Virus record (IMG/VR): IMGVR_UViG_3300002026_001699
Location: 1-64,000 of that record
Direction: 5' to 3' (one strand)
Source of the DNA: a virus
Lineage: Duplodnaviria > Caudoviricetes
Length of the DNA stretch: 64,000 bases
This document shows positions 58,476 to 64,000 of the stretch, one piece after another; within the stretch, counting starts at the first letter, position 1; each line of letters starts with the position of its first letter. The notes under the pieces were generated by a model that had not been told where the DNA came from, ran no database searches, and was given only the letters and a program-made list of their open reading frames with translations. A program made the translations under genes and the position numbers.

Positions 58476-58855
58476 ATTTAAGACATGAACAAATTATATC
58501 TCTATTTACTTCTCCTAAACAAACTATGATGGGTGGTTTATGGTATAGTGGTGTAAGGAAAGAAGGCGAATATAAAGAATGGTTTGATAATTGGAAATTA
58601 AATGTTCATTGTTTTTATAAAAATAATAAATATAATGGTGAATATAAATCATGGTTTGATAATGGTCAATTATGGAAACATTTTTTATATAAAGATGGAA
58701 GTTTAGAAGGTGAGTATAAACACTGGTATGATGATGGTAAATTATTTATGCATATGTTTTATAAAAATGGAAAAAAAGATGGTGAATATAAAGCATGGAA
58801 TGAAAAAGGTCAGTTAGTAGATTCAAGAAATTATAAAGATGGTGTTGAAATATGA
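58472..58855 (+). CDS. MORN-repeat protein, array member 10
   Basis: Same leader and repeats. Confidence 0.85.
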   Translation: MNLRHEQIISLFTSPKQTMMGGLWYSGVRKEGEYKEWFDNWKLNVHCFYKNNKYNGEYKSWFDNGQLWKHFLYKDGSLEGEYKHWYDDGKLFMHMFYKNGKKDGEYKAWNEKGQLVDSRNYKDGVEI

Positions 58856-59232
58856 TAATGCATGAACAAATCAAAGATTTATTTACTAACCCTGAAGATA
58901 CTATGATTAGTGGATTATGGTTTAGTGGTATAAGAGGTGAAGGTGAATATAAAGAGTGGCACGAGAATGGTAAAATATATGAAATTGCTTTTTATAAAAA
59001 TGGTAAAAGAGAAGGTGAAAGTAAAGAGTGGTTTAAGAATGGTCAATTAAATATACAATGTTTTTGGAAAAATAGTAAATTAGATGGTGAGTATAAACTA
59101 TGGAATGATAAAGGTAATTTAGAAACAAGTTGTTTTTGGAAAAATGATAAATTAGATGGTATTCGTAAAGAATGGAATGATAAGGGTAAATTGATTAAAT
59201 CAAAAACTTATAAGTATGGTAAAGAAGTATGA
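58852..59232 (+). CDS. MORN-repeat protein, array member 11
   Basis: Same leader and repeats; 5' region nearly identical to member 13. Confidence 0.85.
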   Translation: MIMHEQIKDLFTNPEDTMISGLWFSGIRGEGEYKEWHENGKIYEIAFYKNGKREGESKEWFKNGQLNIQCFWKNSKLDGEYKLWNDKGNLETSCFWKNDKLDGIRKEWNDKGKLIKSKTYKYGKEV

Positions 59233-59534
59233 TGCATGAACAGATAATAAAATTATTTACTTCTCCAAGAGAAACTATGTTTTATGGTTTATGGTATAGT
59301 GGAGTGAAAGGTGAAGGTGAGCATAAAGAATGGCATAGAAATGGTCAATTATCTCAACATTGCTTTTATAAAAATAATTATATAGATGGTGAGTATAAAA
59401 GATGGCATGAGAATGGTCAATTAGAAACAGAACGTAATTATAAGAATGGAAGGTTAGATGGTGAATTTAAAATGTGGAATAATAAAGGTAAATTAATAAA
59501 ATCAATAATTTTCAAGGATGGAGTTGAAATATGA
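59229..59534 (+). CDS. MORN-repeat protein, array member 12
   Basis: Same leader and repeats. Confidence 0.85.
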   Translation: MMHEQIIKLFTSPRETMFYGLWYSGVKGEGEHKEWHRNGQLSQHCFYKNNYIDGEYKRWHENGQLETERNYKNGRLDGEFKMWNNKGKLIKSIIFKDGVEI

Positions 59535-59911
59535 TAATGCATGAACAAATTAAAAAATTATTTACTAACCCTGAAGATACTATGATTAGTGGCTTATGGA
59601 TGGATGGAACAGAAGGTGAAGGTGAATATAAAGAGTGGCACGAGAATGGTAAAATATATGAACAATGTTTTTGGAAAGATGGTAAAAGAGAGGGTGAATA
59701 TAGATTATGGCATAATGATGGTCAATTAGGTTTATGTTGTTATTTTAAAAATGGTAAACAAGATAGTGAATATAAGAAATGGTATATTAATGGACAATTA
59801 TATGTAAAATGTTTTTATAAAAATGGTAAAAGAGATGGTGAGTGGAAAGAATGGGATAATAAAGGTAAATTAATAAAATCAATAATGTATAAAAATGGAA
59901 ATGAAATATGA
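59531..59911 (+). CDS. MORN-repeat protein, array member 13
   Basis: Same leader and repeats. Confidence 0.85.
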   Translation: MIMHEQIKKLFTNPEDTMISGLWMDGTEGEGEYKEWHENGKIYEQCFWKDGKREGEYRLWHNDGQLGLCCYFKNGKQDSEYKKWYINGQLYVKCFYKNGKRDGEWKEWDNKGKLIKSIMYKNGNEI

Positions 59912-60165
59912 TTGGTAAAATATATTATGGTTTTTTAGATAAATGGGATGATTCTTATGAAGGTTTGATTATTCAAGAAAATCTTATAAAGATAATGTAT
60001 ATTAAATATTCAAATATGGTATATGGTAATAGATTAAGAATTTGTGATTATGATAAAACAAATAAATTAAAAGAATTAGATAAATCACCAAAAGATTACT
60101 TTGATTTGTTATTTAGTGGAAAGATAGATTATGATGATTGGTATGATTTAAAAGGAGATATATAA
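59908..60165 (+). CDS. hypothetical protein
   Basis: 85-aa ORF, ATGA-coupled. Confidence 0.6.
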   Translation: MIGKIYYGFLDKWDDSYEGLIIQENLIKIMYIKYSNMVYGNRLRICDYDKTNKLKELDKSPKDYFDLLFSGKIDYDDWYDLKGDI

Positions 60166-60347
60166 TGGGACCAGTAGAATATGTAATGTTAAATAGCGAA
60201 TCTTCTCAATGGGTTGCTGGTAAATGGGCCGTTGTGTCTGCAACTTTAACAGGAGCAGGCACAGGATTTGCCTGGATAAAAAGAATTAGTTTTGGAGTTG
60301 CAACTGAACAAGATTTAAAAGATTATGTAGAATCATATAATGATTAG
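60165..60347 (+). CDS. hypothetical protein
   Basis: 60-aa ORF with GGAG RBS; an overlapping 49-aa ORF (60340-60489) follows. Confidence 0.55.
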   Translation: MGPVEYVMLNSESSQWVAGKWAVVSATLTGAGTGFAWIKRISFGVATEQDLKDYVESYND

Positions 60348-60502
60348 TGGAGCGGGACGTCCTAATAAAGATAAATTGTTTGGAGTATTAGGAGAGTATC
60401 AGGTTGTTGCCATCTCTTCTATATCACAACACAAGAGAAATTCTCTTAGAGTTGAAAACGTCCCAATGTCTATTTATCCATTAGGTTAAATTAGGAGTAA
60501 TT

Positions 60503-61405
60503 ATGGATTTCAATCAATATATAGACATGTTGTTAGAAGGTGGAGCTGCAATGGATGCCTCACGTATTCAAGTTGGAAAAATTAAATCTACATTTGATAA
60601 ATATATTAAAGATGTTATAAAAAATATAGACCCTAAAGCTCAATATAAAACAATCGGTTCTTTGGGGAAAAAAGAAACAAGTGGTGATATAGATGTAGCA
60701 ATAAAAACAGATTTAGACTTACAAACAGTAAGTGATAAACTAACTTCATTAGGAATCAGACATAAAGTAAATAAAGGTTTAAAACAAATATATACAGAGT
60801 TTCCAATATTTAATCATGATGGAACAGATTCAGGAGAAAAAGTTCAAGTTGATTTAATGTTTGGAGATGTTGAATTCCTTTCAGCAACTTATTGGGCACC
60901 AGGTGAAAGTCAATCAAAATACTCTGGTTCTGACCTATCAATTATTTTTGCAAGTATAACAAGATTTACAAAAATACATGAAATTAAAAATCAAGAAAAT
61001 AAAGAAGCATTAAAAGAATTTAAAAAAGAACATCCTGACCTTACATACTCTTATGTTTATGATATAAATCGTGGTATCTTTATTAAAGTAAGATGGATGG
61101 AAGAACTTAAAGCTGGAAAAAACAAAGGTCAAATGGGAGAAAAGAGTGATAGACTCCCTAACCCAGAAGCTACAACAGTTGAAGACGTATTAGCAATTTG
61201 GAATAAAGATTCAAAGGTTGAATGGACAAAACAAGATTTCAATATCTCATTAGAAAAAGTGTGGCAAAAAGCTAAAAAAGCTTTTAGTAGTGAAAAATTA
61301 CGTAGTATAATGGATTATATAAATCCTTCAATGGAAAACAAGCCACAATTAGAATCAAAATTTTTAAATAGTATTTATATGGAGATGTTGAATGAATCTG
61401 TTTGA
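60503..61405 (+). CDS. pol beta-superfamily nucleotidyltransferase, probable virion-internal protein
   Basis: MLLEGG leader; IGSLGKKETSGDIDVA and VQVDLM third-Asp strand. Confidence 0.75.
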   Translation: MDFNQYIDMLLEGGAAMDASRIQVGKIKSTFDKYIKDVIKNIDPKAQYKTIGSLGKKETSGDIDVAIKTDLDLQTVSDKLTSLGIRHKVNKGLKQIYTEFPIFNHDGTDSGEKVQVDLMFGDVEFLSATYWAPGESQSKYSGSDLSIIFASITRFTKIHEIKNQENKEALKEFKKEHPDLTYSYVYDINRGIFIKVRWMEELKAGKNKGQMGEKSDRLPNPEATTVEDVLAIWNKDSKVEWTKQDFNISLEKVWQKAKKAFSSEKLRSIMDYINPSMENKPQLESKFLNSIYMEMLNESV

Positions 61406-62774
61406 GAGAATGGCTATTGAACTTTTAAGAGAAGAAACATCATCTGAAAGATTAAAAGAATCAACACCAGAACAAAGAAAACAAATAAAAGAAATAAAAA
61501 GAAATCTTTCTGATTTTTTTATCAACAGTGGAATTAAAGTTGGTAATGAAAAGCATGGTGAAGATTTCCGTCTTCAAGTTCAAAACTCTCCAGTTGATAA
61601 AAATTGGATTGATATTGCATTAAAAAATATGGGATATAATGCAAATATAATTGAAATAGCAGGAGGGGAAACTGATTCAAAATCAAGGTCTCTTCCTACA
61701 CTAAAAATAGTAACATCTATAGGTTCAAGAATATATATTGTTTTATCTGGATTTGGAAAGAAAACAAATAAAAAAGAATTCTCACCAAATAAATTTAATA
61801 TAGAAGGAAAGGATTATAAATATAAAGAACTCTATAATGAATTAGTTAAAAAAATACCCGAAAAAGGTTTTGATAAGAATGTTCAAAATTATTTATTATA
61901 TTTATTAGACCTTGTTGCTAATAAAGAATCTGTAAAATCTGGTAATATGTTTAAAATAAATAAAGGTGATTTTGATGAATCCCTTGTAGCTGATAGTGAT
62001 AAAAAAAATATACAAAATGATTTTGGTGAAATATTAGGTGCAATTATGTTATCTAAATATGAGAAAGATATTATCTTTTTTCCAAAATCTTCTAATGAGC
62101 CTTTAATAGATTATGAAATTGGAAATATTCGTTACTCAGCAAAATCAATTTCAGGAGCAGCTCCTACACTAACATCAATAGCAAATAGTTATTATGATTT
62201 TGTTAAAAATGATTTAGATATACCAGAAGATGACAATGTTTTATTAAAAATATTTGACCTAATAAAAGGAAATATTTCAGTTGAACAAACATATTTGGCT
62301 ATTACAAAAATAATAGATGATAACTCATGGGAAGCTTTATTAGAATTATTAAATGTTGATGACGTTGATACTAACAAGAAATCATGTCTTCAATTAATTA
62401 AAGATAAATTAGATGAATATTATGATGATGGAAACCTTTATAATAAACTAACAACTTTCTATGATAAAATAGGAACAACACCTTTCACACCAATAAGTAA
62501 ATATGACCAAAATGCAAGTTGGAGACATGGATATGTTATTGCAGCTTTAGCCTATCAAATACCAAAAATATTAAATAAAGATGAAGAAATAATTGAAAAT
62601 ATGAAAGAAGTAATTTCTCAAAATGAAAATGTTAGACAAATAAACATGTATAATAACTCAAAAGACTTGTCTTTTAAAATTACTAATTTTGATAAAAATA
62701 TAAATATTAAATTTGTTGGAGGAGGTTCTGTTCAAGGACCAAATCATCAAAACTTAAGATTCAAGATTTCTTAA
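61392..62774 (+). CDS. hypothetical protein, possible PD-(D/E)XK nuclease fold
   Basis: LLREE leader; DFGEILG...NEPLIDY...YSAKS. Confidence 0.45.
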   Translation: MNLFERMAIELLREETSSERLKESTPEQRKQIKEIKRNLSDFFINSGIKVGNEKHGEDFRLQVQNSPVDKNWIDIALKNMGYNANIIEIAGGETDSKSRSLPTLKIVTSIGSRIYIVLSGFGKKTNKKEFSPNKFNIEGKDYKYKELYNELVKKIPEKGFDKNVQNYLLYLLDLVANKESVKSGNMFKINKGDFDESLVADSDKKNIQNDFGEILGAIMLSKYEKDIIFFPKSSNEPLIDYEIGNIRYSAKSISGAAPTLTSIANSYYDFVKNDLDIPEDDNVLLKIFDLIKGNISVEQTYLAITKIIDDNSWEALLELLNVDDVDTNKKSCLQLIKDKLDEYYDDGNLYNKLTTFYDKIGTTPFTPISKYDQNASWRHGYVIAALAYQIPKILNKDEEIIENMKEVISQNENVRQINMYNNSKDLSFKITNFDKNINIKFVGGGSVQGPNHQNLRFKIS

Positions 62775-63101
62775 TAAATCACTTATATTCAAAATGTCCC
62801 CATTATATTTTGAACTGATACGATGAAAACCTTCGTATTTTAATGCAAAACTTATTTCTTTATTATTAATAAAAATAAGCCCATCAAACTTTTTTAATTT
62901 TTCTTGTTTATATAACGGCGCTATATCAACAACATCTACCATTTTGCCCCTATAATTAATTAAACCATCAATTAAATCAGAATGGAGGGTATTAAGTGTT
63001 GCAGGCCCTATTTTATTAATTAATGTTGGTTCTATATTAAAATCATCTGATACTTCTATTGCTAAATCTTTTTCGCCTATTTTAAATTCTAAATATTTCA
63101 T
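62754..63101 (-). CDS. CheW-like protein
   Basis: IDGLINYRGKMVDVVDIAPLY matches the CheW G.INLRG.I.PVIDL pattern. Confidence 0.7.
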   Translation of the reverse strand: MKYLEFKIGEKDLAIEVSDDFNIEPTLINKIGPATLNTLHSDLIDGLINYRGKMVDVVDIAPLYKQEKLKKFDGLIFINNKEISFALKYEGFHRISSKYNGDILNISDLLRNLES

Positions 63102-64000
63102 AATATTTCTTCAACCTCTTTTTTATCATGTTCAATAATATCTTTATAACCATAATCATAATATATTTTTAATCTATCTTTTGAATGTTTATGCAAAATC
63201 TTATTTGTATTATCCATAAAATCATGAATATCAACTTCTTTCTTTGTTTCTGTAATACGAGTTCCTCTACCAACTCTTTGAAGTGTTTTCGTAAATGAAG
63301 CACCCCCTCCTGCAAGAATAACATGATTTATATTATCAATAGAAATACCCTCATCAAAAATTGTAGAAGCTATTAATATAAAATCTTCACCATTATCAAA
63401 TCTTTTTGTAATACTTTCTCTTTCCTTATCTTCAATATCACCAAATAAAAATTGTGAGTTTGGAATTAATTTCTGCAACTCCTGTCCTTGTTCAATTCTC
63501 TTACAAAGAATAAGAACTTGACCTGTTACAGACATGGCTAATTTACTGATAAATTTGTTTCTTTGAGCATTCTTAACTATGCCATGATTTTCTGCACCTT
63601 GCCACCCATATTCGTCTAATCCACCTGGTTTGTCAATTGGCCAAATATGAATTTTAGGTCTTGCAATTTGTTGATTATCTAATAACTCTTCAGGTTTAAC
63701 GTTGTATATTATCCCACCAAGCCACATTTTAACTTGAGCATTCTTCCATTTATCCATTGGAGCTGGTGAAAGTGGTGTAGCAGAAAAACCAAATCTATAT
63801 CTGAAAATATTACTATTCAATGTCTCTTGATATTGAACGGCAGATACGCGGTGGCATTCATCCGTAATAACCATTTTATAATCATTTCTTTTTAATTTAT
63901 GAGCTGATTGAATTGTTGCCATGATAACTTGATGGTCTTCATCTAAATGATTCCCTTGAACAATTCCTGCATCTATACCAGCAGCCTTCATTCTCTTTAA
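63098..64000 (-). CDS. uvsW: SF2 DNA helicase, UvsW-like (5' part outside the window)
   Basis: ATIQS, ITDECH, GFSATP, IFDEGISI, LQRVGRGTR; the frame is open to the window edge. Confidence 0.85.
   Translation of the reverse strand, partial: LKRMKAAGIDAGIVQGNHLDEDHQVIMATIQSAHKLKRNDYKMVITDECHRVSAVQYQETLNSNIFRYRFGFSATPLSPAPMDKWKNAQVKMWLGGIIYNVKPEELLDNQQIARPKIHIWPIDKPGGLDEYGWQGAENHGIVKNAQRNKFISKLAMSVTGQVLILCKRIEQGQELQKLIPNSQFLFGDIEDKERESITKRFDNGEDFILIASTIFDEGISIDNINHVILAGGGASFTKTLQRVGRGTRITETKKEVDIHDFMDNTNKILHKHSKDRLKIYYDYGYKDIIEHDKKEVEEIL

Noticed and set aside
54819-59911. Diversity-generating retroelement acting on the MORN array
   Set aside because: No reverse transcriptase or non-coding template repeat in the window. 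Differences between paralogues look like block swaps and ordinary substitutions rather than clearly adenine-only changes. An RT elsewhere in the genome cannot be excluded.
17-62377. Many short antisense or overlapping ORFs in the track (e.g. 17-253, 4128-4334, 7889-8308, 10729-10971, 23619-23864, 34371-34718, 44126-44416, 54895-55164, 57567-57890)
   Set aside because: They lie within or opposite well-supported genes, have shadow-frame compositions and lack RBSs.
1-64000. Stop-codon reassignment (TAG read as an amino acid)
   Set aside because: One small ORF has an internal TAG and a few genes end in TAG with short plausible extensions. However, long genes (1234, 766, 589, 577, 523, 516 aa), including probable late/virion ones, are uninterrupted in the standard code, and no suppressor tRNA is seen.
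1-64000. tRNA or rRNA genes
   Set aside because: No cloverleaf or T-loop (GTTCGAAT) context was found in the short intergenic gaps.

Overview
A very AT-rich, gene-dense segment of a large dsDNA bacteriophage (jumbo-phage-like) read in the standard genetic code. It carries T4-type core genes (gp32-like SSB, gp41-like helicase, gp61-like primase, gp55-like late sigma factor, UvsW-like helicase), but a family-C (DnaE) replicative polymerase, a class II ribonucleotide reductase and a tubulin/FtsZ-family protein. The main features are: (1) dnaE is fractured by three split inteins into separately encoded pieces, with free-standing endonuclease genes between them, and the last junction is frameshifted and lacks the EQ of the YQEQ motif; (2) the helicase is fractured by an atypically split intein (29-aa IntN, 139-aa IntC); (3) a ~13 kb nucleotide-modification region (19.5-32.5 kb) holds a dCMP-hydroxymethylase-type thymidylate synthase homologue, a second TS-like protein, a kinase, a carbamoyltransferase, sugar-nucleotide enzymes, PRPP synthetase and a 56-aa hyperacidic peptide; (4) a tandem array of 13 mosaic MORN-repeat paralogues lies at 54.8-59.9 kb; (5) host-type signalling proteins are present (REC/HD-GYP, a multi-PAS membrane protein, CheW-like). 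No tRNA, rRNA or CRISPR array was recognised. All assignments come from motif reading only; no database search was possible.
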